Shown here: in pieces, positions 1 to 12,194 of the stretch | How positions within the stretch are numbered: the stretch's first letter is position 1 | How the letters are laid out: each line of letters starts with the position of its first letter | Source of the DNA: Rhynchopus sp. YZ270_cl-10 | Taxonomy: Eukaryota | Assembly (NCBI GenBank): GCA_964035575.1 | Contig: OZ037840.1 | Coordinates: 186,001-250,000, forward strand | Length of the DNA stretch: 64,000 nt | Direction of reading: 5' to 3' | The notes under the pieces: generated by a model | What the model saw: only the letters and a program-made list of their open reading frames with translations | Told to the model about the DNA's origin: nothing | Database searches by the model: none | Position numbers and translations under genes: made by a program

Positions 1-14
1 AGGCAACCTCAGAG

Positions 15-656
15 GTGGCGAGGAGGGCGAGGCAGACCCCGTGGAAGGTAGCGGACCTATCTGATGAAGGGCTAAAGGGGAAAAAGGACATCATCCTCTG
101 TCCCTGCATCAGTAGCACGCATGCGATGGTACTCGCGACGTACGTTTTGTGCACGCAACTCAGTGAGAAAAAAAGTGGTTTTGTTTTTTTTTCGGGGGGA
201 TACTGTCTTTTTCGTTTTCCAAAAGGGAGAGGACGCGCAAAAGTGTGCCTCTGTTCTACAGACCCTCCATCTGATGAAAAATTTGAGCTTTTTGTAGCCA
301 GTGATAACAAATTCAATGAGTTTGAAGCTGCTGCAATTGCAGAGTGTGACGAGGAGAACGGTTCACAAGGGAATGAGGAACCGGAGGGAGACGGCACTGC
401 GGCGTGTGATTTTTGTGAGAAGCCAATGGCCGCAAATTCTCTTGCGGTTCACATTGACAACACACATCGCAGGAAAGACAGCAGTCTCAGTGCTGTTTGT
501 CCCATATCTCCGTGTAGCAAAACAGTCAAATCTTTGACTAGGCACATGGAGTTGAAACATCCAGATTTTTTTTTTGAAGAGAACAGATGCAAATTATGTT
601 TTTTGTTGTTTCAATCTTCTGAAGAATGGGTAGCACATTGTGAAGGTCATGCGTAG
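15..656 (+). CDS. 3' part of a C2H2 zinc-finger protein; 5' end and exon structure unresolved
   Basis: Three C2H2 motifs at the C-terminus: CDFC..HIDNTH, CPISPC..HMELKH, CKLC..HCEGH, after an acidic linker. The T-rich stretch at ~140-260 ending in TACAG may be an intron. Confidence 0.6.
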   Translation: MARRARQTPWKVADLSDEGLKGKKDIILCPCISSTHAMVLATYVLCTQLSEKKSGFVFFSGGYCLFRFPKGRGRAKVCLCSTDPPSDEKFELFVASDNKFNEFEAAAIAECDEENGSQGNEEPEGDGTAACDFCEKPMAANSLAVHIDNTHRRKDSSLSAVCPISPCSKTVKSLTRHMELKHPDFFFEENRCKLCFLLFQSSEEWVAHCEGHA

Positions 657-952
657 TATCAGATCAGGTACAGTGGGTGAGGGCGAGGATCATGCATTTT
701 GTTTTTTTGTTTTTGAAAAGTTGGTTGTATTAGTGTAGCCACCCTAGAGTGTGCTCCACTAATATTTTTTTGTTTTTTTTTCATTTGGGTATTCACTCTT
801 TTTTTTTGTTGTTCACTTCATAATCTCATCATGAAATGCTTGCCCCACCCTTTTTTTTTCACCCACCCACACCCACACCTCCCCACCATCCCTCAACAGG
901 ATTACACCAAAACAATGAAAATTGGGTTTTAAGTACCCTATTTCTCTCAGAA

Positions 953-2558
953 GTCAGTCACTGCTATTGCCATTTAACCCAGGGAGCATAGCTAGTGCAA
1001 GAAATTCGACCTTTGGAAACTTTCCGGAAAGTCTGTCCTCTGCTCGCGGAGGACTAGACACAAGAAAATATTGCGTTCCCCCAGAAAACCAGTGCACAAT
1101 TCACACTCCTTGTGGGTGGTCTTGTTGCCTTTTCGTCATAGTAATTTTGGCCCAGGCATGTTCTTGAAGCATGACAATTTAGTGTGTATGGGGCAGGGTG
1201 TTGTTTTGTTCTGAATTCTCTTTGTTATAACATCTAAGTCAATTGCGGGTGGTGGTTTGTGTAGCGTGAGGCACTCTTTTTAACAAACTTCCTGCAGTTG
1301 CTATGCACTGTTATTTCTTCGGATTTATCATCATACAGCGTAACATAGTGGATTCGCCTGGTCGACACAACCTTTGATAGATATGGGATAACCAACCCCC
1401 TTCGACCCCTCGTGGGTTCACTAAACAAGCCCTCGTGGTAGTTAAACGCGATTGACATTTACATTCCTAGAGATGAAAGAACAAGACAACACTTCTGTAC
1501 CCGCGCATCAAAATTGTGGAAAACTTTGCACCCCAAACACCCTCAACAACGCCCGCCAAAAGGCGCCCCTTGTTGCTGGGAGTTGGTTCTCATGTTTGAT
1601 ACCTGCACAGCGGGAATTCCTCTGAGTCCAACGCATGTTTGGCCTGTCTGCGGCGTTGCACTTCAGGTGCACGAAGACAGGGTCTGGTGGTAAATTTTGC
1701 GTAGTACTGCGACGTGGTACTGCGTGGGTCTGGGAATATGGGTACCTGGGTACAGGATATTGGTTGTGTAAGACATCTTCCACCATGCATTGAGGAGGGT
1801 AAGACAGTGTTCGCAGTTTCTACCTGATAGCATTACAACATTTAACTTCTCCACGGGGGTCTTGGGCCGTTCACTCGGTTATACCTTGACTACCGGAAGA
1901 TATTCTTGAGGCCTTTTTGGTCTCTAGAATATCCGGTCTTCCCGAACGGAGGCACACTTTGTGTGTTACTACGACCTGGCAATTTCCAGCAGTAGGTTAA
2001 GTAATCTTTCTTGTAAATTGTTGGATCATTATCTCCTCGGTGCATGAATGCCCCACGTGACTGGACACTTTTGTGTTTGTCATGTGGAGCTGTGGTTGCT
2101 CTTTCACGACTTTTTTCCTGTTCCTGGGTGCCTGTTCCTGGACCTGGACCTGGGTACCTGGGTACCTGGGTACCTGGGTACCTGGGTACCTGGGTACCTG
2201 GGTACCTGGGTACCTGGGTACCTGGGTACCTGGGTACCTGGGTACCTGGGTACCTGGGTACCTGGGTACCTGGGTACCTGGGTACCTGGGTACCTGGGTA
2301 CCTGGGTACCTGGGTACCTGGGTACCTGGGTACCTGGGTACCTGGGTACCTGGGTACCTGGGTACCTGGGTACCTGGGTACCTGGGCACCTGGGTGTGCC
2401 TGTCGGACCCCAGGGTCCGGCAGTCGGACTCAGGGGTCCGACTGTGAGTCCGACAGTCGGACCCCTGAGTCCGACTGTCGGACTCAGGGGGTCCGACTGT
2501 CGGACCCCCTCGGACTCCGACAAAAGGGTCCGACATTTCCAGGACAGACTGCACCGTG
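953..2558. mobile_element. Right part of a CACGGT-ended TIR element (family K); left end not identified in the window
   Basis: 953-2130 is highly similar to 19991-21150. It carries the same 8-mer array and GGACCC/GGTCCG subterminal repeats, and ends CAGACTGCACCGTG, similar to the K end CACACTCCACCGTG at 21532. Confidence 0.6.
2150..2394. repeat. (CTGGGTAC)n 8-bp satellite, ~30 copies
   Basis: Directly visible tandem array with a GGTACC core. Confidence 0.97.
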
Positions 2559-3104
2559 TGATTTACAAAAAAAAAAATATTCTGGGAACAAAACTGGGAC
2601 AATCGAGGGTTTTGTTTTTGGGGTCTCCCAGTTGTATTCTGTCCCAGAATGGTTCCAAATACGGGGCGTGGCAAGGTTGCAGGATTGCAGACCTTTGTTT
2701 GGAGCCAAATTGGATTCGTAAACATATTCGTACAGTAAATACAATACAGTAGGACAAGAAACTTGGCGACCAAATAAGATTGGCGGATTTTGGGGGTTTT
2801 CTTGCCAATTGCCAATATTACTTGTCCTACTGTAGTGGTGTTTCCTGGCTGAGTGGATAATTCTACCGATCGCGAGGTTCCAAAGAAACTGTGGTTGTTG
2901 ATGCAGGCACCTCCGACTGACCCACGTACGAAGCCAGCCATCCGGATGAAAGCACAACCCTGCGGCGCTACGACAGTAGATGTAAAAAGGAAAGAAGGTG
3001 GCGGGGGGAGTGGGGCAGAGAGTGGTACCACGTATCTTTAGTTTATGAAGAGAAAGACAAGGAGAAAAGGTGAACGCGTCTGGTATGCAAAGGCGGACAC
3101 CTTT

Positions 3105-3147
<43 letters not shown>

Positions 3148-3155
3148 GAACTGTA

Positions 3156-4018
3156 CATGGGTGTTCCTAAGACGGAATACGAATACCACTTTTGGGATCG
3201 TGCACTTTTTTTTCTACAGGGATTCCCTTAGGGAAGAAAAAAAAGAGCAGAAGGGTAACTAAGTGACTTTAGAACGGTCTTTTTCACTGAGTGAGGTGGC
3301 CGTGAACTGGGATGGAATGAAACAACACAAAAAAGACATTTTTCTCCTTGTAGGACGAACCCTCAAATAAAATTTTCGCCTCCGGCGGACACCCCCTTTC
3401 CTCCACTGTGTACTGTGTACTGTGTACTGTGTACTGTGTACTGTGTACTGTGTACTGTGTACTGTGTACTGTGTACTGTGTACTGTGTACTGTGTACTGT
3501 GTACTGTGTACTGTGTACTGTGTACTGTGTACTGTGTACTGTGTACTGTGTACTGTGTACTGTGTACTGTGTACTGTGTACTGTGTACTGTGTACTGTGT
3601 ACTGTGTACTGTGTACTGTGTACTGTGTACTGTGTACTGTGTACTGTGTACTGTGTACTGTGTACTGTGTACTGTGTACTGTGTACTGTGTACTGTGTAC
3701 TGTGTACTGTGTACTGTGTACTGTGTACTGTGTACTGTGTACTGTGTACTGTGTACTGTGTACTGTGTACTGTGTACTGTGTACTGTGTACTGTGTACTG
3801 TGTACTGTGTACTGTGCACTGTGCAGTTATGCAGCCACGCCAAATTTTTTTTATAGTACCACCGCTGAACGCTCGGGTCACCAAAAATTCAAATAAGACC
3901 AGTTTTGGGGTGTTTTGACCCTGTTTTTGACCCCCAAAGGGGAAGCCCACCCAAAGAAAAATAGTGGAATACGGACCCGATTTTCCCCCGAAAACCCCCG
4001 GAATACGGAACACCCATG
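3156..4018. mobile_element. Non-autonomous hAT-type MITE with 8-bp TSD, carrying the 7-mer satellite
   Basis: TIR CATGGGTGTTCC / GGAACACCCATG; TSD GAACTGTA at 3148-3155 and 4019-4026; GGAATACG subterminal repeats. Confidence 0.9.
3405..3823. repeat. (ACTGTGT)n 7-bp satellite, ~60 copies
   Basis: Directly visible, near-perfect tandem array. Confidence 0.97.
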
Positions 4019-4347
4019 GAACTGTAGAGCAGAAGCCCCACCAGATACATTTTCACTTTATTCTTTTGTGCTCCGCCACTGCACTCCCTATTTTCTGTAC
4101 TCGAAGGCCAGAATCTTTGGATGAAAGCACAATAACCCTTCAGCCAGCAACAGAGGTGCGAAAGGAAACATGACTTACCCAATAATGAACAACATAACAA
4201 TAAAAAAAATATGGACGCAGCGTAAATTGAAACCAGAAATCAGAACAACACAAGAACTACCCCATATTATGTACCATATTCATCACGTATGGCAAATGAT
4301 AATATATTATGCGCTATTATGAGATCTCATAATACATGTGATATTAT

Positions 4348-4834
4348 TGGTGCTTCCCGGGGGGTATGCATTTCACAAATTTTCAATTCAATTCACAACT
4401 TTTCACAACTATTCACAACTTTTCACTACCCTTTTTTCTCTCGTTGGTGAAGCTCTTAAACGCCGGCATTTGCATTTCCGGAATCCGTACGGCCAGTGGT
4501 GGGGTCAATTTGCCGAAATGGACAAGTTCTCGTCATTTCCGCACATCACACAGTACACAGGTACACAGGTACACCACATCACGTTCTATCTTGTGAATCC
4601 CAGCGTACCCCTCAATGGGTGGGTCACCACCCCGCCCAAAAAAAAAGCACACAAAAAAAAAAATCAATTCACAACTTTTCACAACTATTCACAACTTTTC
4701 ACATTTTTTCACAATTTTTCACCACTTTTCACCAGCCTTCACAATTTTGTAGCGGTTTTCGTGTTGTGAAAATTTGTGAAAACTTGTCACATTTTGTGAA
4801 AATTTGTGAAATGCACACCCCCCGGGAAGCACCA
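4348..4834. mobile_element. MITE with TGGTGCTTCCCGGGGGGT TIR nested in A
   Basis: Long TIR. TSD is ATTAT (or TTA if the termini are TTGG/CCAA), confirmed by the empty site GATATTATGCGC at ~21639. TTTTCACAA subterminal repeats. Confidence 0.88.
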
Positions 4835-4935
4835 ATTATGCGCTATTATGTGCTATTATGTGCTATTATGCGCTATTATGCGCCAATTATGCGGCGTTAT
4901 GCGCTCATTATGTACCGTACCCCCCACCCCCTAGG

Positions 4936-7127
4936 CATACATGTCATGCGAAGAGATTCTTCGGATTCTTCGCATTTTCAAAAATCCCAAAAATTCTTCG
5001 TATTTTCTTCGTATTTTCTTCGCATATTCTTCGCCTACTTCGCATTCTTCGCATATTCTTCGCATTTTCCAACATGCGAAGAATATGCGAAGAATATGCG
5101 AAGAATGCGAAGTGCATATTCCGTGCACACCTCTTCCTCTTTTTTTCTGTGATTTATGTCCCACCTTACTATTTTTGTTTTTAAAACGCTGACGAGAAAA
5201 ACACAATACACACGAGATATAAATATTTTGGCATTGAATGGCACGTGCACGTTTACGAACTGAGCCATGATTGCCCTTAGAGTCCCACGGTAACACGTGC
5301 AAAATCATAGAGTTTTTTTGGCTGTTAAAAAGGCTGGGGTATAAAGAGGTCGCGTGATTCGTCGAGCGGTTGTGAACCGCCTCCGTTCTCTTACGGTACG
5401 GAACACCCACCTCCTACCCTTTGCATGAGCTCGACTGCGTTTTAGCACGTTTCAACTACTCTTTTTTCTCGTTCTGTACCCAGAACAACCTCCTCTCCAA
5501 GCAGCAAACCCCACCCCTGACCAGGGGAAGCCTCCTGGGCCCATAAGCGGAACTATTTACTCACTGATCCTCTCATATGTGGATGGATGGATTTTTCAAA
5601 TGTATGTTCGCAACTCCCATAAAAAAGTAGCGCACCGTGCGCCTGCGGCGCGGACAAAATTTGGTTTTGCGAATCCTAAATATTTTTTGCTAGCTCGTGT
5701 GGTTGATGAGCGAGAACGAAACCAAATCGATAGCAACGCCTCGTGCACTAGCTAAAACACTTGAATGGTCACAGAACACAACGCAGTGCATGGTTTTGTG
5801 GGTTGTTTTTGCCCACAGAAGTACCCCTGTGCGGCCTAGACCTGGTTCTAGCACCCCAGAATCGCGTTTCCCAGTCCATATAGCCGGGTATGGGCCCAAA
5901 AAGCCACCCAAAAAGGCGAAAATCCCGGTTTTTGGTGAAAAACGCCTGTTTTGCCCACAGGGTACTTAAGGAACGCACGTTTCTAAAGCATTTCCCACGT
6001 AAACTCGCGACACGAAAATAGGAATTAAAAACAAATCTCTCACAGATCTGATTTGGTGATTCGCATTTTTGAGGCCCAATCTTTCCAACGCCGAAAAAAT
6101 CTTACACTTTGGTGCATTTTCGGGTGGGTGCACCAGGAGGGTACTGGGAGGGCAGCAACCTTAAAAACCTAAACACAAGTGTTTAGGAATTACGAGCGGT
6201 AGCCCACAGCTCTACCCTATCCATGATATAGTTTGGCTGTGATAATGTGCGATTTATGGCACAATCTTTGAAATGTTGCGCACATGGCTTCAACAGAAAA
6301 GTTTGACCCTTTGCCTCTCCACTCTGTGGCTGGAAGGGAGCTGAGAATAAGCCGGGTCCCGGGTACTGTCCCAGGACTAGAACTAGGACGGGTACTGGTC
6401 ACTGGGTACAGTCCCAGTCCTAGGGACTGGGAATACCCCTCCATCCATGCCCCAGCCTCCCGCGCCGGGTCCCTGACCCGCTTTCAGGCGTTTTCACAGC
6501 GTTTTCGACATATTGTGCCCAGTCCCACTGAGAATAACCGGGTCCCGGGTCCCCAAGTCTTATTCTCAGCCATGGCCTCCCGTCAAGGAAAAATCAGGCA
6601 CTGCAACGTCAATATTCAATAATATGATCAATATTTCAATACTATTGAAATATTGACAGTTTTCAGTCAATATTATTGATACTTTCAATATTCAATCAAT
6701 AATATTCATCACCAAATCAATATATTGACGATATTCAATATATTTATGAAGCCATGTCTGTTGTTTTCTTTTTTATACAGTAAGGTGGGGCAAAATATCA
6801 CAGAAAAAAGAGGAAGAGCTGTTATGGAGGAGCACAAAAAAGAGCAAAACAGACAAACGAATATAGTAAATTATTTTCCAAACGTATTGCATACTCGTTG
6901 AAAATTTAAAGGAAACGGCGTGAATAAAAGAAAAATGCAACTTATTTCCCAGTGCGATCATCTGCACCTTAGCACTTTCGATCCCTTTGTGGGCAAAGTA
7001 TTGGTGGAAAAAAATTCTTCGCATTTTCTTCGCATATTCTTCGCATTTTCCGAATGCGAAGAATATGCGAAGAGGAATACGAAGAAAATACGAAGAATCC
7101 GAAGAATCTCTTCGCATGACATCTATG
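4936..7127. mobile_element. TIR element family B (CATA termini, 6-bp TSD CCTAGG)
   Basis: ~37-bp TIR CATA(C/G)ATGTCATGCGAAGAGATTCTTCGGATTCTTCG with one mismatch; CCTAGG at 4930-4935 and 7128-7133; TTCTTCGCA subterminal repeats. Confidence 0.85.
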
Positions 7128-7129
7128 CC

Positions 7130-8376
7130 TAGGGGGAGCCACGTAGAAGGAAATCCTTAAGGACTTGCTGTCCAAAACCATTTTTTTGAAATTTCGGTGA
7201 AGAAATCCACTAAAATGGGCGTACCTGGCCGCAAATCGCCCTGGGGATCACCCATATATCCCAATAAACCACCTGACGACCTTAACAGAGCATTTCTTGT
7301 CCCAAAAAAATGGGTTTTTTGTGAAAAAACACCCAAAAATGCGTAACGCTCGCGTAACGCTTGGGGGCCAAAATTTAGCACTTGCCAAGAAATTGCTCCA
7401 ATCAGACAAAACTCCTTCTAAACACCCGAAAAACACCTCAGTCCACATCCGGTGGGGTCCCGGGGTGGAAATGTATGGTTTTTGGGGCTTTTAGGGGTCC
7501 TGTGTGGGTCCCAGGCGTATTTATGAGGGACGGAACCGCTAATAATGCCCGAAATTACCTCTTTTTTAGGGTGCTTTTTCACCTTAAAAATTCAAAAAAA
7601 AGTGCTCAGACAATCACAGAAGTGTCTAAACCCCCTCGGAACTACTCGCCAGACCCCCTGCGGGGTGGAGAATCATATTTGCGATCACTTTTTGGGCTAT
7701 TTTGCCCAAAATAACCTCATGTTACACTTTTGTTACACTTGCCCCAAAATAGGGTATTTTAGGCTATTTTGGGACAAGTGTAACAAAAGTGTAACATGAG
7801 GTTATTTTGGGCAAAATAGCCCAAAAAGTGATCGCAAATATGATTCTCCACCCCGCAGGGGGTCTGGCGAGTAGTTCCGAGGGGGTTTAGACACTTCTGT
7901 GCTTGTCTGAGAACTTTTTTTTGAATTTTTAAGGTGAAAAAGTACTCTAAAAAAGAGGCAAATTCGGGCATTATTAGCGGTTCCGTCCCTCATAAATACG
8001 CCTGGGACCCTCCCAGGACCCCTAAAAGCCCCAAAAACCATACATTTCCACCCCGGAACCCCAGAAGATGTGGACTAAAGTGTTTTTCGGGTGTTTAGAA
8101 GGAGTTTTGTCTGATTGGAGCAATTTCTTGGCAAGTGCTAAATTTTGGCCCCCAAGCGTTACGCGAGCGTTACGCATTTTTGGGGTGTTTTTTCACAAAA
8201 ACCCCATTTTTTTGGGACAAGAAATGCTCTGTTAAGGTCGTCAGGTGGTTTATTGGGATATATGGGTGATCCCCAGGGCGATTTGCGGCCAGGTACGCCC
8301 ATTTTAGTGGATTTCTTCACCGAAATTTCAAAAAAATGGGTTTTGGACAGCAAAACGCCTTTGGTGGCTCCCCCTA
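7130..8376. mobile_element. Foldback element C (~600-bp inverted arms, TAGGGGGAGCCAC termini)
   Basis: The arms are reverse complements centred near 7755. It is inserted in the C-rich tract of A (empty site at ~21733-21755), with an apparent ~11-bp C5-A-C5 duplication of uncertain length. Confidence 0.85.
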
Positions 8377-9322
8377 CCCCCACCCCCCCACCCAAAAAAA
8401 GTCGCTCAGAAGTGGTCAAAAGTGCCCAAAACCGGGCGGAATTCAATTTTGGGGTACAAATGGGCCTATGGTGTGGTTTTTATTGACTTCAGGGGGGTTT
8501 CTTTGATTTATTACCTACTTCACGTTTTTTGACGGCTTAAGATACCTTGGGTGGGAAAACCTTTGGTACCAGGTGCTTGACACTTTTTGAAACATGGTTC
8601 TAAGTTCCACCAAGTCCCTCTAAACACCCCGAAACCGCCTGGGTACCCCTCGGGATAGGTTCTGGGGTGAAAATATGTGGCTTTGGGGGCTTTTCTGGCC
8701 CCTGGCTCACACTGAGGCGTGATGGATGTGTGAGTTGCTCTATCTACGGGGGTGGGCAGGTACAAGTTGTATGTACATTTTTGAAAAAAGCAGATACGGG
8801 GCTTCTTGAGGCTCAAAACTGCTCAAAACCGGGCGCAGATGGATTTTTGGACATCTGAGGGTGGTATTTTCTGGTTTGGGGCATTGGGGTAGGGCACATA
8901 ATGAGCACATAATGAGCACATAATAGCGCATAACCATTATGCGCTATTATGTGCTATTATGCGCTATTATGCGCTATTATGCATTATGCGATTATTATGA
9001 GCGCGCATAATAGCGCATAATGATCTCATAATTTATTATGAGATCTCATAATAAATTATCATTTGCCATACGTGATTCATACAAAATAATTGACCGTAAC
9101 AATGTTCGACCTTTTCAGGATTTTTCTGGAAATTCGGCCTTTTTTATGATCGAACATTTTAACGAATACGGTAACTTTTTCCCGCCACACAAATTAATAA
9201 GTCTAGTGTGAAAAAGCGCCCATAAAACACAAATGCATTTGCAGGTTAGACAACTTCATCAATCGGCAAATGGAAATTTGCCACATGACTTCTAAAAATA
9301 ATTTATCCACATATCTATTTAC

Positions 9323-11089
9323 CTAAACAGAATTATCAACAAAGATTGAATCCTTCTTGCGTTGTCTCCTGCAGGTCACAGGCAAGTACAGAACATCACA
9401 GCCCCCAGAAGACGCAACCACGTTCACAGGTGTGTATGCTGGTCCCTTCCTCTCAGCTGCCGCAACATCTTCTGCAGAGCACTCTCCCCTCAAGAAGCTG
9501 CGCACTGCCAAGTTGTAGTCCTCCCAGTCCTTCTTCCCGCCAACCACGTACATCCACTCGTCCACTGGTGATGTGGTCGTGGCGCCTTTTGGAACAACCA
9601 ACTCAGCAACAACCTCCACATCACAGCCGGCAGCAAGCTCGATCTTGCAGGGAATCAGACGCAGTTGGTGTTCGCATTCACCGTCGCTGAAGCAGAGGCG
9701 GTTGCACAGCACACTGCACCCCAACACACGGCCAGCACGTTCCAGCACGTTCACGTCCCTCACCAGTGTGCCCACCATGCTGAAGCGGCGCATCACTTCA
9801 CACCCCATGTCACCACGCAGCACCTTCCCAGTCGCAACTCCCATGTTCACATGTGGTGCAATGTTGTTGTCATCACCACACAGCAACACTGTGGCAGCGT
9901 GCAGTGCTGAGGTTGCGTGTGACGCACACATTTTCGACGTGTTGAACGAGCAGTGGATCCTGTCCCCAACAAAGACGTCCACCATCCCACGACGCACTTC
10001 TGTTGCCTGCAACGTCTTCAGAAGAAGAGTTGTGAACAGGTCGGAGAAGCGTGCACTGTCCTCCTCCAAGCGGTGCAACGTGTCTTTGATGTTCAGTGTC
10101 AGCAGTGTTGCCCTTGTTGAGGACAGGCCCAGTGGCTGAACACAGGTCGGCTGTAAAGCGGCCCTTGAGCTGTGCCGAGACACTGTTGTGTCGGAGTCAC
10201 ACACGCTAGCATCTTCGTGCACCTCCTTCGCTTCCTCCTTGTCAAACGGCAGACACGTCTGCGGGAGGTATGCCTTGTACTTCCGCAGGTTCTCCTCTAT
10301 ACTCTGCAGTGCGTCCCTCATCCCCTCAGGCAGCGCAGCCTCGTGAACCTTCAGCATCTCCGCAACCCCCTCCACGTCGTACCCCGCAAGCAGCGACGCA
10401 ATCTCCTGCACAGTGCTGATCGTCCGCTCCATTGTTTCCTGCTCCTTCACAATCGCCCTTGCAAACCCTCTCGTTGCGATGAAGTCAACAACAAACACCA
10501 GCACTGCACCCAAGGCGATCGTTGCAGCAGGTTTGGCACACGGGAGCGTATCACAGCTGGTCCTCTCTTCAAGGTAAGCCCTCCTCCCGAACTCACCATC
10601 CTGCGGCACAAGACCAGGTAGGTCGAAGATGCCAAACCTGAATGACTCCTCCAGAGTCATCAGCGCCAACCATGCAAGCACAACACACACCAACCCAGCA
10701 GTGTAACGTGTGGGCACCCGCAACACAAGCAGCAGGTCCACAACGAGCACGAGCGGTGACCAATACATATCACCGTTGCAGCGAGAAACCAGATCGGCAC
10801 CAAATACTATCACCGCGTACGCATAGCACACACCAACCATGACAGGTGTCGTCAACTTCTTCTTGCACAAGATGTGCACCACCGAGAACAGTGACGTGAC
10901 CACCCCCGCTATCGTGGACCAGCGACGCAGCCCACCGTATTGGAAACCAGTAACCGAGAACACCAACATGGAAGCAACAGCCGTCGAGTTGATCCCAAAG
11001 AACATCTCCCGCTTCCTCCTCTCCTTTGCGTCAAGTGTGCCATCCAGCGTCAGTGCACCCTCAATGCAACGTGGCCACTGCAGCTTCAT
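9323..11089 (-). CDS. 6-TM receptor-type pseudo-nucleotidyl cyclase, paralog 1 (588 aa)
   Basis: Starts at the family-conserved MKLQWPRC. Six hydrophobic segments, YLP linker, degenerate class III domain (TLNI, VDVFVGDRI, MGVATG, GTLVRDVNVLER). Confidence 0.85.
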   Translation of the reverse strand: MKLQWPRCIEGALTLDGTLDAKERRKREMFFGINSTAVASMLVFSVTGFQYGGLRRWSTIAGVVTSLFSVVHILCKKKLTTPVMVGVCYAYAVIVFGADLVSRCNGDMYWSPLVLVVDLLLVLRVPTRYTAGLVCVVLAWLALMTLEESFRFGIFDLPGLVPQDGEFGRRAYLEERTSCDTLPCAKPAATIALGAVLVFVVDFIATRGFARAIVKEQETMERTISTVQEIASLLAGYDVEGVAEMLKVHEAALPEGMRDALQSIEENLRKYKAYLPQTCLPFDKEEAKEVHEDASVCDSDTTVSRHSSRAALQPTCVQPLGLSSTRATLLTLNIKDTLHRLEEDSARFSDLFTTLLLKTLQATEVRRGMVDVFVGDRIHCSFNTSKMCASHATSALHAATVLLCGDDNNIAPHVNMGVATGKVLRGDMGCEVMRRFSMVGTLVRDVNVLERAGRVLGCSVLCNRLCFSDGECEHQLRLIPCKIELAAGCDVEVVAELVVPKGATTTSPVDEWMYVVGGKKDWEDYNLAVRSFLRGECSAEDVAAAERKGPAYTPVNVVASSGGCDVLYLPVTCRRQRKKDSIFVDNSV

Positions 11090-11143
11090 TGCAACAACCC
11101 CAGCTGTCTGTGTCTTTCTTCTGGTGTCCAAACTGTGTTTTAC

Positions 11144-11205
11144 CTGAGGGTGCAGTGTGGTAAGGAAGATGAACATAAAGGCGGAGAATACACAACAGAC
11201 GTTTT
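11144..11205 (-). promoter_or_regulatory. Putative splice (likely SL trans-splice) acceptor: pyrimidine-rich tract + CAG upstream of paralog 1
   Basis: Minus strand TATTCTCCGCCTTTATGTTCATCTTCCTTACCACACTGCACCCTCAG. Conserved before paralogs 2, 3 and 4 (AG at ~14067, ~35602, ~45636), with an analogous CTTTATTTTCGCCCTCCCACAG at ~57397. Confidence 0.5.
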
Positions 11206-11291
11206 GTTGCTTTCACAATCACACCACTGAGGTGTGGGTTGTGTCCTCTCGTCGCCCAATACGGCTGTGAAGTACTTACAGAACGGTACCT

Positions 11292-12194
11292 CACTGAAAA
11301 AATGAGATTTGGGATTTTTTTTGAAAAAAAATAATTTTTGGACCGGGGCTCCGACGGAAGTTCGGTTTCCACCCACTCCCCTAGGCTACTATATCCGGGC
11401 GGAGCCCACCCCCCCCCACTGGGGGGTCCCCCCCCCCAGCAGCCCAACTTCATAATAATAATATTATATCGAGCGAGAATAAGGGATCGGCGAAAATAAA
11501 AAAGTAGCGCACCGTGGTTAGTCAGAATGAAGTACACCCAACCAACCCGGACTCTGTTGATCTGTCCTCTCAAATCCCACTAACCACCTGCTATCGAACG
11601 CTGTTTTCGAAGCTCAAGTTGGTGAAAGATGGGTTGAGCAGCAAGCTCGGGGATGGCAAACTGCGGGAGTATCTTCTGCAGTCGGTGGAAGGGGCTGTGA
11701 CGGAAGACGGGATACCGAAGGAGTGTCTGGAGGAGTATATTAACGCGTTAATTGGAGAAGAGCGACGCCTTAGTTACTTCCCCCTGGCGGATCTTTGTCC
11801 CGCACTAACACTGGCTATGGAAGTCAGAAAATGTTATTTCAAAGAGTTGGTGGGTTAAGACCTGGGGGCTGGGTAGAATTTTGGGGTGGGTGGCATTTTT
11901 TTGTGATTTTTCATCATTATTTTTGTGTGGGTGGGAAAAACCGGAAAACCCGGGATTTGGCGGGGGAGGGGAGAAAAAAAAAGCTAACTTATCCCCTGAA
12001 TATATGTACTGAAAAGGAAAAAAAATAACCTCGGTGTGATGAACGTACCTCTCGTGCGCATCTCCAAAAAGAAAATAAAAAAGACCCAAAAATCGACTTT
12101 TTCTGAATCGATTCTATGAATATGGAGGGAGGACCCACAGGAGGGGGCAGAAGAGGGCAATCACCCCGTCTGCTAGAAAACGATATCCTCAGTG
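11292..12194 (+). mobile_element. Deleted hAT-like element with a transposase C-terminal relic (11514-11858)
   Basis: CACTGA...TCAGTG ends with no TSD. The relic IPLTT..FSKLKLVKDGLSSKLGDGKLREYLLQSVEG resembles the hAT dimerisation domain. ATC GAA CGC (IER) is present in a shifted frame just before FS. Confidence 0.55.

Larger units (their letters stand above)
4284..9074. mobile_element. TIR element family A (6-bp TSD) hosting three nested insertions
   Basis: TIR CACGTATGGCAAATGATAAT at both ends; TSD ATTCAT at 4278-4283 and 9075-9080; an uninterrupted 875-bp copy lies at 21583-22457. Confidence 0.92.

Noticed and set aside
1997..4013. Long ORFs with PRYPGTQV / GYLGTWVP and TVHSTQY / YCVLCTV repeats (also 21067-21848, 28455-29268)
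   Set aside because: These are translations of stop-free 8-bp and 7-bp satellites, open in nearly all frames.
4284..4303. CAC-ended elements as Transib/RAG-like or CACTA
   Set aside because: TSDs are 6 bp rather than 5 or 3, there is no RSS nonamer, and the only linked transposase is hAT-like.
6283..6756. Additional CATGG-ended MITEs inside B
   Set aside because: Inverted GCTGAGAATAAG and CATGGC ends are visible, but no pairing gives a TSD, so boundaries are unsupported.
11090..11176. N-terminal extensions of the cyclase ORFs upstream of MKLQWPR
   Set aside because: Not conserved across paralogs, often non-ATG, and some overlap the putative splice acceptor.
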